Positions 33,552-43,860 of a DNA stretch of 64,000 nt are shown piece after piece; the first letter of the stretch is position 1; each line of letters begins with the position of its first letter. The notes under the pieces were generated by a model. That model worked only from the letters and a program-made list of their open reading frames with translations. It made no database searches and was not told the origin of the DNA. Both the position numbers and the translations under genes were made by a program. The stretch covers positions 32,001 to 96,000 of the forward strand of contig CAWJYV010000008.1 of assembly GCA_963847185.1 (NCBI GenBank), read 5' to 3'. The DNA comes from an uncultured Methanosarcinaceae archaeon (GTDB lineage Archaea; Halobacteriota; Methanosarcinia; Methanosarcinales; Methanosarcinaceae).

Positions 33552-33744
33552 ACTCTCACCTCGAGGGTTTTCAGGTTTCTGACGTAGGCCCTGCAAGTCC
33601 CTTTTTATTGTATTTGCTTATAGTTTGTCAGGCCCTGTAATAAACTTTATGTGACTGAAGTCCTCAGAGGTCTCTGTCTAGCTCTTTAGAGCTTTTCCAG
33701 AGACTTCCAGGATTTTAAAATAAAAAAGAAATTTAATATCTTTA

Positions 33745-34704
33745 TTAACTTTGGCTAATTTCCGTTCTGAGATCTCCCATGAGGGCAATTCTTTCAGCAT
33801 AAGCATTATGCCTGTGGATACTTTCCTCATTAGTCTGTTTGATAGTAATTACCGCATTATCAGGGAGATTCGGAAACTCTTTTACTATATTGTCTGCCAT
33901 AGTCCTTACGCAGTCTTCCACGAATTTCGGATTCGTATGTGCAGTTTCCACAACAACTTTTTCATCTGAGCGTTTTAATACCTCATACACGCTGGAACTC
34001 ATGGAGCGCTCAATAATATTGATTATGCTTTCAAGGGAAACGTCAAAGTCGTGTGCGACCTTAATTGAGATAATACCTCTTCCTCGCTGATTATGGGTTG
34101 CCATGGGAACCTTTTCCAGGAATTTTATAATTGTACTTTCCTCAACTCCAAGTGCGGAAAGTTCGTTTGCAGCCTTATCTCTCATAATTTCCTGAGCACA
34201 GGGACATGCTGTCATCCCCACAACTTCAGCACCGATGAGCTTTTTTACATCAAAGTAATCCTCGTTACCGTTTCCTCTTACAGCTGATGCTTCGGCAAAA
34301 ATATTTACAACTTCCTGGCATTTTATTCCTGTTGAGGGAGACGCACGCCTGATCATATACTCACTTTTCATACGGACTTCGGCCTGGTTGGCGTATTCAT
34401 GCCGACCAAGCAAATTGTGTGCGATATCACTGCAGAGTTGCTCAATTTCGTACACTGGCATACTGAGTACTTTTTCCAGCACTTCGTCTACAGCTTCGAA
34501 GTTCCGTGAAAGATTTGCTCCCTTCCGGTCGGAGGGCAGGTCAACAAAAACGTCAAAAGTTGAAATCAGAACGATAGGACGTTTATCTTTACGTTTGATC
34601 TCAACGAGCTTTTTCATATTTGTTACCCCTACACGGGTAAGGTTGATAGCTACGCTCGGTTTGCTGGCCTGGACGTCCGGGAGGTTGAAAGTACAATGTT
34701 CCAT
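33745..34704 (-). CDS. mptA: GTP cyclohydrolase MptA (methanopterin biosynthesis)
   Basis: [43 protein letters not shown]. Confidence 0.93.
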   Translation of the reverse strand: MEHCTFNLPDVQASKPSVAINLTRVGVTNMKKLVEIKRKDKRPIVLISTFDVFVDLPSDRKGANLSRNFEAVDEVLEKVLSMPVYEIEQLCSDIAHNLLGRHEYANQAEVRMKSEYMIRRASPSTGIKCQEVVNIFAEASAVRGNGNEDYFDVKKLIGAEVVGMTACPCAQEIMRDKAANELSALGVEESTIIKFLEKVPMATHNQRGRGIISIKVAHDFDVSLESIINIIERSMSSSVYEVLKRSDEKVVVETAHTNPKFVEDCVRTMADNIVKEFPNLPDNAVITIKQTNEESIHRHNAYAERIALMGDLRTEISQS

Positions 34705-35103
34705 GTTTAACCAGATCCATAAAAAGATGAATTTAATTTGTAGAATGACTTTTGACAAATATTAATTTTATATCAACTTAGAAAATATAATCACCATAAG
34801 GACTTCTAACATGTAAACCTTATGCTTTCCAAACTCTTTTTCCAAATGTACAATAAAATATAAATTTCAAAAGTGTTCAAAACCCACTTCCTGAAACCTA
34901 TTTTGGATCGCATTTCTAACAAGATATAAATATTTAAATATTTCCCATTTTCTCAACAATATTTAAAAATTTAGTTTATATATCCTTCGCAGATTAAAGG
35001 CAATTTCGCATAAACCACTAACTATAGGCAACATCCTGAAGAAAGATTTTATATACTTTAAAAATTAATCAGTGTCTAGCAATACATTTGCGAGGTGACC
35101 TTT

Positions 35104-35388
35104 ATGTCCAACACAAGAAATTTTGTTTTACGAGACGAAGACGGCAATGAGCACGGAGTTTTCACTGGAAAACAGCCCCGGCAGGCCGCTCTGAAAGCTG
35201 CAAACAGGGGCTCCGGCACCAAATCCAAACCTGATATCATCCGCCTCAGAGAACGCGGGACAAAGAAGGTGCACGTTTTCAAGGCATGGAAGGAACTGGT
35301 CGAAGCCCCCAAAAACAGGCCTGACTGGATGCCGGAGAAAATCAGCAAGCCCTTTGTCAAGAAAGAAAAAATAGAGAAACTCGAGTAA
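35104..35388 (+). CDS. Non-histone chromosomal protein MC1
   Basis: SNTRNFVLRDEDGNEHGVFTGKQPRQAALKAANRG is the MC1 sequence. Confidence 0.96.
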   Translation: MSNTRNFVLRDEDGNEHGVFTGKQPRQAALKAANRGSGTKSKPDIIRLRERGTKKVHVFKAWKELVEAPKNRPDWMPEKISKPFVKKEKIEKLE

Positions 35389-35632
35389 TATAATTACTTT
35401 CCATGCCCTGAAAATCGGGGTTCTTTCTCTTTTCCTTTCGATATCAATATACTGAATTAGCCTGGACAGCTCTTGTTTTAGTACTATCCGGGCTGGCTTA
35501 TTTTCAGTAATGTCTAATAATATGTTCTAAGTCTTTTTTATTATATTGTTTTAATTCTTTGTAAAGTCTTCAGGGGTTTTATCCCGAAATTTTAACGATA
35601 AGTTTAAAAACAGATTTTCTGATTCCTACATC

Positions 35633-36532
35633 ATGGAACTGAAAAGAGAGAACGTGCTCATTGAAGCCCTGCCTTATATGCAGGAATTTTATGATTCAAT
35701 TATGGTTATCAAAGTGGGCGGAAACGCAATGGTCAGCTCCCAGATAATGGAGGATATCATAAAAGATGTTGTTCTCCTGCGTTATGTGGGAATAAAACCT
35801 GTTATTGTTCACGGCGGGGGACCCGAAATTACAGAAAAAATGGAGCGTATGGGCAAAAAAGCTGAGTTTTTCCAGGGCCTGCGTATTACAGATGATGAGA
35901 CCATGGAGATTGCCAGGATGGTCCTTGTGGGAAATATCAATACCAAAATCGTGTCCCTTATCGGAGTTTCCGGAGGAAAGGGTATTGGGCTTACGGGTCA
36001 CGACGGAAGAATGATTTTGGGGCATAAACAGGCTGCTAAAAAAGTAATCGTTAATGGTGTTGAGACCGAAGTGGATATCGGATGGGTTGGAGAAAGCGAA
36101 GTCATCAATCCTGAGATTCTCCATATAATGCTCGAAAGCGGTTATATTCCGGTTATCTCTCCCATTGCGGTTGATGCAAAAGGTAATGCTCTTAACATTA
36201 ATGCAGATACAGTAGCAGGTGATATTGCCGCAGCCCTGAATGCTAAAAAACTGATTCTAATGACTGATGTTTCAGGCCTCCTGAGAAACGTAAAGGATTC
36301 GAGTAGCCGCATATCTCACATAACTCTGGATGATATCGATCCTCTTATCGCTGAAGGTGTTATACAGGGGGGTATGATCCCTAAAATTAAAGGCGCTGCA
36401 GTAGCAGTAAAAGGTGGAGTTGAAAGGGCTCACATAATAAATGGAAGCGTTTCTCATTCCATGCTTCTTGAACTCTTTACCGACTGTGGAGTCGGAACCA
36501 TGGTCCGCAGGCCCGAAAAACAAGAAGAATGA
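35633..36532 (+). CDS. argB: Acetylglutamate kinase
   Basis: VIKVGGNA, VHGGGPEI, NINAD, GGMIPK. Confidence 0.96.
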   Translation: MELKRENVLIEALPYMQEFYDSIMVIKVGGNAMVSSQIMEDIIKDVVLLRYVGIKPVIVHGGGPEITEKMERMGKKAEFFQGLRITDDETMEIARMVLVGNINTKIVSLIGVSGGKGIGLTGHDGRMILGHKQAAKKVIVNGVETEVDIGWVGESEVINPEILHIMLESGYIPVISPIAVDAKGNALNINADTVAGDIAAALNAKKLILMTDVSGLLRNVKDSSSRISHITLDDIDPLIAEGVIQGGMIPKIKGAAVAVKGGVERAHIINGSVSHSMLLELFTDCGVGTMVRRPEKQEE

Positions 36533-36651
36533 TTATAGGTTATTCGATGACTTTACAGAAGAGTTAGAATTTTGATATTTCTTGGCAAATATTGACAAAT
36601 CTTCGTAAATTTTGACAATACGATAAATAATGAGATAATTCATGAAGATCT

Positions 36652-37156
36652 ATGGATTTATTTCTCAGGCCTGTCAGGTTAAGTGATGCTGAAGACATCA
36701 ATCAGATAAGAAGACAAAAGGAGATCAGGGTCAATACGCTTGCCCTGACTACTGAGACCGTTGACTTTACGGAAGGATTTTTGAGAAGCATGGGCAGTGA
36801 TGACTATTTACTGATAGCCGAACTCAAAGGAAAAGTTATTGGAAAGGTAGGGTCCATCTTATAAAAAGCGCCAGGCAAAGGCGTTCTGCCTTCCTTGGAA
36901 TTATGGTAAGGACTGAATATCAGGGACAGGGCATTGGGAAAATCTTGATGGAAAACATTCTTACCTAGTAGATAACTGGCTCATGCTTGCAAGGATCGAG
37001 CTTGAAGTTAGTACAGACAATGAAAAAGCTATCAATTTTTACCAGTCTTTTGGTTTTGAGGCCGAAGGAAAGAAGAGATACGCAATAATAAAAGATGGGG
37101 AGTATGCCGACCTTCTCATGATGGCCAGGTACAATATTCCCGCTCAATTTAAATAA
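36652..37156 (+). pseudogene. GNAT acetyltransferase (YhhY/AaaT-like) with two frameshifts
   Basis: Three frame segments join into one GNAT (..GKVIG / LGIMVRTEYQGQGIGK / DNWLMLARIELEV..DNEKAINFYQSFGFEAEG..MAR); breaks near 36852 and 36963. Confidence 0.8.
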
Positions 37157-37176
37157 ATGAGAAATCTTTTGTGACT

Positions 37177-38217
37177 TTAATCTAAAATGGGTGTTCCGTA
37201 GGTAAAGTCATCAAGTTCCAGGACTTTTTTCCAGAGCTCTTTGCATTCGCAGTCTACTCTGCTGAGGTCAGCTGGGTTCTGGGTAAGTGAAAAAGTCCTC
37301 AGGGAATCTGCAACTTCTGAGCTGCATTTTTTACAGTTGCGAGGGCCACGTTTTGAACCTGCTCCGACAGGATCAGACATGAGTGGGAGGTCTGGATGGG
37401 CTGCTTTTGCTTTCTGCAGGATATCCACTATGCTCCAGAGCCACGGGGGTCGGTACTGGCCTTTTTCCCAGAAAGCCTCAACAAGGGTTCCTTTCTGGAC
37501 ATTGCAAAGATTGATGGAGATTGTGTCAGCATAAGGAGCTGCGTCATCTATTGAACGCAAGATGTCTTCTAAGGCCTGGCGTTCGGAAAGGAAGAGAGGT
37601 TTTAACATCAGGTAAGCTTTTACGGTTGCACCGTGTTTTTTTGCAATTTCTGCTGCGCGGACAAAGTCTTTGAAGGTGAAACCTTTGTTTATTGAGTCTT
37701 TTCGGATTCTGTCCGAACTTGTTTCCAGTCCGAAAGCCAGCTCAAAAGGCTTGTACCCCAGAGTTTTGAGGCATTCCTGCACATTTTCTTCGGTTACATA
37801 GTTGGGACGAGTTTCCACAAGTACTTTAGTAACTCTTGAATCGTCTGCGAGAGTTTTAAGGATCGTATCTCTGGCTTCCCCGGGAACTTCCTGTTCGTCA
37901 AGGAAACTACCTGAGGTAAAGATTTTGACCATAAACTCAGGGAATTTCTCGGCTTTCTTCATTGCTTTTGCAAGCTGGGCTTTATAATCTTCCAGGGTCG
38001 GAGGTTCACTTGCGCAGTCATAGACGTAACCGCACATTGTACAACCCCCAGCTTTCCCCCAGCGGCAGCCCGCGCTCTTGAAGATTATAGTGAGGGTCTT
38101 TATTTGAATCCCGTCTACAAGGTCTACTCCTGTCCAGCTTGCCGCAGGTTCGTCTGTAGGAGAGGGCTTTACTTTAATCCGCTGCCGGATTTCTATTACT
38201 GCTTTATTCAGGGTCAT
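37177..38217 (-). CDS. Archaeosine biosynthesis radical SAM protein RaSEA (TIGR01210-like)
   Basis: GCRWGKAGGCTMCGY, KIFTSGSFLD, ETRP, YRPPWLWS, RGPRNC. Confidence 0.85.
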   Translation of the reverse strand: MTLNKAVIEIRQRIKVKPSPTDEPAASWTGVDLVDGIQIKTLTIIFKSAGCRWGKAGGCTMCGYVYDCASEPPTLEDYKAQLAKAMKKAEKFPEFMVKIFTSGSFLDEQEVPGEARDTILKTLADDSRVTKVLVETRPNYVTEENVQECLKTLGYKPFELAFGLETSSDRIRKDSINKGFTFKDFVRAAEIAKKHGATVKAYLMLKPLFLSERQALEDILRSIDDAAPYADTISINLCNVQKGTLVEAFWEKGQYRPPWLWSIVDILQKAKAAHPDLPLMSDPVGAGSKRGPRNCKKCSSEVADSLRTFSLTQNPADLSRVDCECKELWKKVLELDDFTYGTPILD

Positions 38218-38342
38218 GGGCGAAAAACTCGCTTTATAATTCTTGGAATTCGTAAAACAGGTTTTGAAGCTGAAAAGACAGCTTCATTATTCTTTATACT
38301 TGATTATTCTGTATTTCTTTTGCTTTATTTTTGTTCAAATTT

Positions 38343-39260
38343 TTATTCAAACTCAATTGTTGCAGGAGGCTTGGGAGTAATATCATAGACTACTCTAGCT
38401 ACCTTCGGGATTTCGGAAGTAATTCTGGCTTCCAGGTGCTTGAGGACATCCCAGGGAAGCTCGAGAGCTTCTGCAGTCATTCCGTCTCTGGATCCTACAG
38501 CCCTTACAGCTATGATCCAGCCGTAAGCCCTGATATCTCCTTTGACTCCTGTTCCCTTTCCAAGCACGGCAGCAAAAGTCTGCCATGGACAGAATCTGTC
38601 AAGAAGTTCTTCTTCTACAATTGCATTTGCCTCGCGCACGACCTCCAGTTTCTCTTCGGTAATTTCTCCTAGAATCCTAACAGCAAGCCCTGGTCCGGGG
38701 AAAGGCATCCTTTCGCAGATTTCGTCAGGAAGCTGGAGAGCCCAGGCAACTTCTCTCACCTCATCCTTGTAAAGATCTTCAACAGGCTCAACGATTTTCT
38801 TGAAATCCATTACACTCGGCAGTCCGCCTACATTGTGATGAGACTTGATTCCACCTTCGGACTCAATCCTGTCAGGATAAATCGTGCCCTGAATCAGGTA
38901 ATCGGCTGCAAGCTTCTTTGCTTCCTCTTCAAATACCCGGATAAAAGTCTCGCCTATAGCTTTTCTTTTCTCTTCAGGGTCAGTGACGTCTTTCAGGGCT
39001 GCAAGAAACTTATCCTTTGCATAAACAACATCAAGATTCATGTGAGAGAAGATGTGCTTTATTCTCTCAGTTTCTCCTTTCCTCATTAGCCCTGTATCTA
39101 TATAGATAGGCTGCAGTCTGTCTCCAATTGCTCTATAAGCCAGTTCCGCACAAACAGAACTGTCCACGCCGCCTGAAAGTGCAATAATCGCCCTTCCGTC
39201 CTTAATTTCCTTGCTGATTTTCTCAATCGCTTTTGGGATGAATTTATCGGGTTTTACCAT
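38343..39260 (-). CDS. guaAB: GMP synthase subunit B (ATP pyrophosphatase)
   Basis: [43 protein letters not shown]. Confidence 0.96.
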   Translation of the reverse strand: MVKPDKFIPKAIEKISKEIKDGRAIIALSGGVDSSVCAELAYRAIGDRLQPIYIDTGLMRKGETERIKHIFSHMNLDVVYAKDKFLAALKDVTDPEEKRKAIGETFIRVFEEEAKKLAADYLIQGTIYPDRIESEGGIKSHHNVGGLPSVMDFKKIVEPVEDLYKDEVREVAWALQLPDEICERMPFPGPGLAVRILGEITEEKLEVVREANAIVEEELLDRFCPWQTFAAVLGKGTGVKGDIRAYGWIIAVRAVGSRDGMTAEALELPWDVLKHLEARITSEIPKVARVVYDITPKPPATIEFE

Positions 39261-39764
39261 TCAAATTCTCCTGAAATGATGCTAAACTGGATTCCGTTGA
39301 AAAAATGATCGTGATCAGTGAACACTATATTAATTATATGAACTTGATTATATTTTATTGTGATATATGAGTCTGTGCAAGGGGTTTTTGATATTTAAAG
39401 GTATCATAAATGAAGTTTAAATTATGTAAAAATATTAAAATCAATGTAAATGTTGAAAAAGAGTCTTTAAATCCAATTTTTTTATAAATGAGATTATGTT
39501 CTTTTAAATTTACATCCTAATGTTTTCGTTTTATATCTCACTGATCAGTAACTTACTAGCTGGTGAGACACATAAAAGAGGGTTGAAAACTATTTTTTGA
39601 ATATTTTGTGAAAAATCAAAAATCTGAGGCAGGAGAATAAGTAAAATTTTTTAGACAAATCTAAATTTCTTTCAACGCTCTTCAAAAAATCAAAGATTAT
39701 TGTTATATACAAAGCTTTTCCAAAAATATTCCCATTACTAAATGGACAGGAATTGGTGATAGAA

Positions 39765-39908
39765 ATGAGCAATGAGAATTACGAACTGATCGACAAACTT
39801 GAAAATATTGCAAAATCTCTTGAGAGTCTTGCAGAATCCCAGAAAAGGATAGCTGACACCCTGGAATGGATAGTGAAAGAAAAGGCGATTGTGAGTTTAG
39901 ATAGCTGA
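39765..39908 (+). CDS. 47-aa small protein, predicted coiled coil (not in ORF track)
   Basis: TTATATA at ~39703, GGTGAT RBS, MSNENYELIDKLENIAKSLESLAESQKRIADTLEWIVKEKAIVSLDS. Confidence 0.7.
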   Translation: MSNENYELIDKLENIAKSLESLAESQKRIADTLEWIVKEKAIVSLDS

Positions 39909-40241
39909 AATTTACTTGATAACATGCAGAAAGAGTAAAAGACTATTAAATTAGGATTGGAATCCGCTTAAAAACAGTGAAGACTTTCCGAAGATTCAGG
40001 GGAAAAAAGTCTGAGAGAAAAACTATTTTGGAATGAAGGCAGTTCTGAAGTAAAAACTGATACTGTAAAACTTAATACAAAATCAAGTTGAATCTCAGTA
40101 ATTTAATGCCTTGATTTCTTCTGGACAAGTTCTTTTTGAATTTTCTGTTTGGGATTAATAACCTTTATAAATAAGCGATTTTACTTTTGACCATTTATTT
40201 TGCATTTCCAGCATGTATTTTGCATTTCCAGCATTTTACAC

Positions 40242-40916
40242 TTACCATATTTTTGGAATTAATCTGTTAGTTCTTTTCATGTAATCACCGTATCCTTCAA
40301 CTTCTCGAATTAGGACTTCTTCTTCAAACTTTAGCCTGGTAAGAAAGAGGATTATTAGCAGTACTGATATGCCCAGGGAGCAGTAAGCATTGAGAGTAAG
40401 AGGAATGCCAAGGGTCTGAATTATGTTTCCTGCATAAGCCGGATGTCTTATGAATTTATAAGGACCGCTTTCCACAAGTTTATGGTCGTCTTTAATCTCT
40501 ATATGGACAGAGAAGTATTTTCCCAGTGTCCACATACCCCAGGCGCGTAGGCCTGTACCTAATACTATCAGAGCTGCTCCTGTGATTGTAATGATAAGAT
40601 TATATCTCGGATAGAAGCTGTATTCAAGAAGAGGAAAAGTTAAGAGGAAACTCCAGGAAAATAAAAGCGAATAACGGGTCCATTTTTTTGACTGGCCTCC
40701 TTTAATTTCCGAACCTCTGTACGCAATTCTTTCCATAACCAGATAAAAAAACAGGGCTCCTGCATAAATATAAACTGGAAAATGGTTCAAAGAATCCCAT
40801 CTTTCGTCCAGAACTCTACAGGTTTCAGAAGCCAGCAAAATCATGAGGATACCTATAGCCCAATTTATCCATTTTTCAGTTCTGTTTCCTTCTATTCGGG
40901 TTTCAGACTTTTCCAT
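40242..40916 (-). CDS. Isoprenylcysteine carboxyl methyltransferase (ICMT/Ste14) family membrane protein
   Basis: LGKYFS...HKLVESGPYKFIRHPAY, EEEVL, Y..YMKRT.RLIP. Confidence 0.9.
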   Translation of the reverse strand: MEKSETRIEGNRTEKWINWAIGILMILLASETCRVLDERWDSLNHFPVYIYAGALFFYLVMERIAYRGSEIKGGQSKKWTRYSLLFSWSFLLTFPLLEYSFYPRYNLIITITGAALIVLGTGLRAWGMWTLGKYFSVHIEIKDDHKLVESGPYKFIRHPAYAGNIIQTLGIPLTLNAYCSLGISVLLIILFLTRLKFEEEVLIREVEGYGDYMKRTNRLIPKIW

Positions 40917-41133
40917 CTAATCTTTTAATAAAAGTAATTCTTTTTGTACTTTTTCCAGGAATTGTATAGAGCTTAGAAAAATACTTCAGAAAAGAGAGTC
41001 AGAAAATAAATCCGAATAATATGTGAGTTTTCAAATTCTCAAAACATAGTTAAAAGAGCTTTAAGAATACAATCATAGAATACATAAAAACAAACCGTCA
41101 AAGATATTACTATTGGAAGCTTCATTCAGCAGT

Positions 41134-41682
41134 ATGAAAGAAGCCCTTCTCCTTATTGATATCCAGAACGACTATTTTTCAGGGGGCAAGATGGAACTTG
41201 TGGGTATGGAAGAAGCATCAAAAAAGGCAGCAAAAATTCTTCAGGTATTCCGTGCCGCAGAGAAGCCTATTTTCTTTATCAAGCACCTCTCTACTAGACC
41301 AGATGCCACTTTCTTTATGCCTGGAACTCCAGGAATAGAGATTCATACAAGTATCAGCCCTTTACCTGAAGAGAAAGTAGTTGAGAAAAATTTTCCAAAC
41401 AGCTTTTTCCAGACTGAACTCCTTTCTCTTCTGAAAGAAAAAGATGTGACGAATCTTGTAATTTGCGGGGCAATGAGCCACATGTGTATAGACACGACTG
41501 TCAGGGCTGCAAAAGAAATTGGTTTTACATGTACTTTGATTGCTGATGCCTGTGCCACCCGCAGCCTTATGTTTAAGAATGAAACTTTACCTGCACAGAG
41601 TGTCCATACAGCCTTCATGGCGGCTCTGAATGGTATGTTTGCAACTGTTATAACTGCTGGTGAGTTCGTTTCTGATATTTAA
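41134..41682 (+). CDS. Isochorismatase-family cysteine hydrolase
   Basis: ALLLIDIQNDYF, K..PNSF, GAMSHMCIDTT. Confidence 0.92.
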   Translation: MKEALLLIDIQNDYFSGGKMELVGMEEASKKAAKILQVFRAAEKPIFFIKHLSTRPDATFFMPGTPGIEIHTSISPLPEEKVVEKNFPNSFFQTELLSLLKEKDVTNLVICGAMSHMCIDTTVRAAKEIGFTCTLIADACATRSLMFKNETLPAQSVHTAFMAALNGMFATVITAGEFVSDI

Positions 41683-41832
41683 TTTTTGAACTTTTTTTCT
41701 AAAACTATTTTTATCATAGCTTTATAAATCTCTGATAATAAAAGAAAGGGTAAAAAGGTAGTTGCAAAGATAAATAACGTAGTAGCAGAGATAAATAAAG
41801 AACTACTACCTTAAATACTATTTTTAAATAAA

Positions 41833-42228
41833 TTAAGTTGCCCTGCCATTTTGACAGAAGTGATTATTCGGATTTGCATCCTTGAGATCATACTTTTCCC
41901 ATACTTCACATGAACCACAAATACATTGTCTGTCAAAATTGAGATCCTGGCAGGTAGCTTTTCCTGTTGAGCAATACATTCCTGCAAAATCCTCTTGATC
42001 CGGAACTTCTCCTTCAGGCATGCTTTCCATTGCTTTTTTTGAACTCTTAACTTTATCCCGTGTACAATTACTTTCAGCCTGAACCGGACACTGTTGGCAT
42101 CTACATCTGTTAATATTTACAGATATATAAGGAACTACAAAATCCGTGCCTCTTTCAAAAGTTATATCTCTGTCTCTGGGCGTTATAGAGCCCCTCTCTT
42201 CGGTTGATGTGTTTCTTCCTTTATTCAT
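41833..42228 (-). CDS. DUF2769-like Cys-rich protein
   Basis: CRCQQCP, MYCSTGK, CICGSCEVW, FCQNG. Confidence 0.7.
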   Translation of the reverse strand: MNKGRNTSTEERGSITPRDRDITFERGTDFVVPYISVNINRCRCQQCPVQAESNCTRDKVKSSKKAMESMPEGEVPDQEDFAGMYCSTGKATCQDLNFDRQCICGSCEVWEKYDLKDANPNNHFCQNGRAT

Positions 42229-42521
42229 ATTATCCCCAAATTAATATCCAATTGGTTTTCCCATTTTAGGTTTTAGTTTTAGGACATAAAAGTGTTTTCA
42301 GTTTTAGAACGAATATACAGTATTAGCTTTAATTTTCTTTACAACTGAATTCAATAATAACTTGAGTTCCCAAAAAAATAAAGCTAAGAGGTATTGAAAA
42401 CTCGAAAAAAATGAAACAAGGAATAAGAAAGCAGCTTTCTTTCCGAGCAGTTAAGAGAGAGTATCTACATCCAGAAAGATTGATCACAATTTCAGAAAAA
42501 ATGTTTATTTTCTTAGTTTCT

Positions 42522-42872
42522 TCAATTACTGGTAACAGGATATCCGGCGTTTACCCAGGCACTGATGCCACCAGCCATATTATATACCTGTGAATATCCT
42601 GCATTTATAAGGATTTTACTTGCTGCTGTACTTCTATGCCCTGTTCTGCAGTAAATCAGTATCTTTTTATTTTGAGGAACTTCATTTATCCTTGTTTCTA
42701 AAAGCATGTTTGAACTCAGGTTTGATCCAAAAGCATTATTTACGGGAATTAGAGTTGCCCCTTTGACATGCGACGAGTTAAATTCAGCAGGTGTTCGGAC
42801 GTCAAGTACGAACACATCATCGCCTTCTTCAATCATTTTCCTGGCTTCTTCTACACTTACATTCTTAAACAT
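42522..42872 (-). CDS. Rhodanese-domain protein; N-terminal anchor apparently detached by a frameshift (original start TTG 42967)
   Basis: LDVRTPAEF..SHVKGA, YCRTGHRS active loop, NMAGGISAW. Confidence 0.85.
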   Translation of the reverse strand: MFKNVSVEEARKMIEEGDDVFVLDVRTPAEFNSSHVKGATLIPVNNAFGSNLSSNMLLETRINEVPQNKKILIYCRTGHRSTAASKILINAGYSQVYNMAGGISAWVNAGYPVTSN

Positions 42873-43313
42873 TGCCGGGTCCCTTTCGTTTTCAGTTGTA
42901 ATGATTAATACAGTTGCTATAAGTTGAAAATGAGAGTGCCAAAAACATAAAATATTTCTTTAATCAAGTTCTTCCCTTATTAAAGGCATCTGGAGTTAGT
43001 TTGATGCATACTTTGTAAGTACGCTATCGTTTGTATATGATGTGCTTCTTGAATATAATTCTGATTACTTTTGTTACTTGCAAAAATTATTGGTCTCCTT
43101 TACATCGTGTCTACATGTTTAGGCCAGCTTTTATTTATATAATATCTGCCAGGTAGGTAAAAATCTCCAGATTCAATAATTTCTGGAAGAATATGCTGAT
43201 GAGAATCGGTGATGGAAAACTGAATCCCGGCTGAAAAGAGAGTCAAAAACCAGAAAATTTAAGCATTTTTGAATTTTCTTCACCAGATTTTTAATCATAA
43301 AAATGTGAATAGA

Positions 43314-43439
43314 CTCATTCGTCGGTCAACTTTGACGGTTGTCGGTCAGTATCAAGAAAAAACTTCTAATGCATTTTTTGATTTTGATAGGGCTTATTCT
43401 TACTGACGTTGCAATCCAGCTCAAGATTGGACGAATGAG
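43314..43439 (-). ncRNA. Candidate structured 3' RNA element, copy 1
   Basis: Closing stem CTCATTCGTC/GACGAATGAG, inner stems CAATCT/GGATTG and GTCAGTA/TACTGAC; homologous copy at 44677-44799. Confidence 0.4.
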
Positions 43440-43494
43440 ATGTTGTAGGTGTTTTAAATTTAGTCTAATTTATGTTCGACTTGTCAACGGTTTA

Positions 43495-43860
43495 TTAGAA
43501 TATATCGTCAAAACCGTCAAAAAAGCCAGCACCACCTATACCAAAAGGACTGTTATAGAGAGCTGCAATCAGAACGTCATTACAGCTTGGACCACAGCCG
43601 CAACCCCAGCCACAACCGTTACCCCAGCCGCCGATACCCAAGTCATCGCCGATACCCAAGTCATCGCCGATACCCAAGTCATCGCCGATACCCAAGTCAT
43701 CGCCGATACCCAAGTCGTCGTCTGCAACTTCTTCTGCAACTTCTTCTACCACTTCGGTTTTACATGCACTCGCTGACACAGCTGTCAATGAAATCACAAA
43801 AAAGATTGCCATCAAAATAGCCAGTGCTTTTCTTATTCTGTCAAATGTTTGTTTCCCCAT
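43495..43860 (-). CDS. Secreted small repeat protein A: signal peptide, (DDLGIG)5 core, conserved C-terminal tail
   Basis: GGAGGG RBS; Sec signal RKALAILMAIFFVISLTAVSASA; paralog at 44863-45213. Confidence 0.85.
   Translation of the reverse strand: MGKQTFDRIRKALAILMAIFFVISLTAVSASACKTEVVEEVAEEVADDDLGIGDDLGIGDDLGIGDDLGIGDDLGIGGWGNGCGWGCGCGPSCNDVLIAALYNSPFGIGGAGFFDGFDDIF
43630..43719. repeat. In-frame 18-bp tandem repeat x5
   Basis: GCCGATACCCAAGTCATC, four exact copies plus one with a single change. Confidence 0.95.

Noticed and set aside
40196-40234. Short 20-bp tandem duplication, and similar 17-bp AT-rich repeats near 31340-31380
   Set aside because: Ordinary slippage in intergenic DNA with no further structure
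43314-43439. Hammerhead ribozyme or SECIS as the identity of the 3' element
   Set aside because: No CUGAnGA/GAAA core, no in-frame UGA in the upstream genes, and Methanosarcina are not known to use selenocysteine
43630-43719. 18-bp repeats as CRISPR or iterons
   Set aside because: Spacer-less and in frame within a coding sequence
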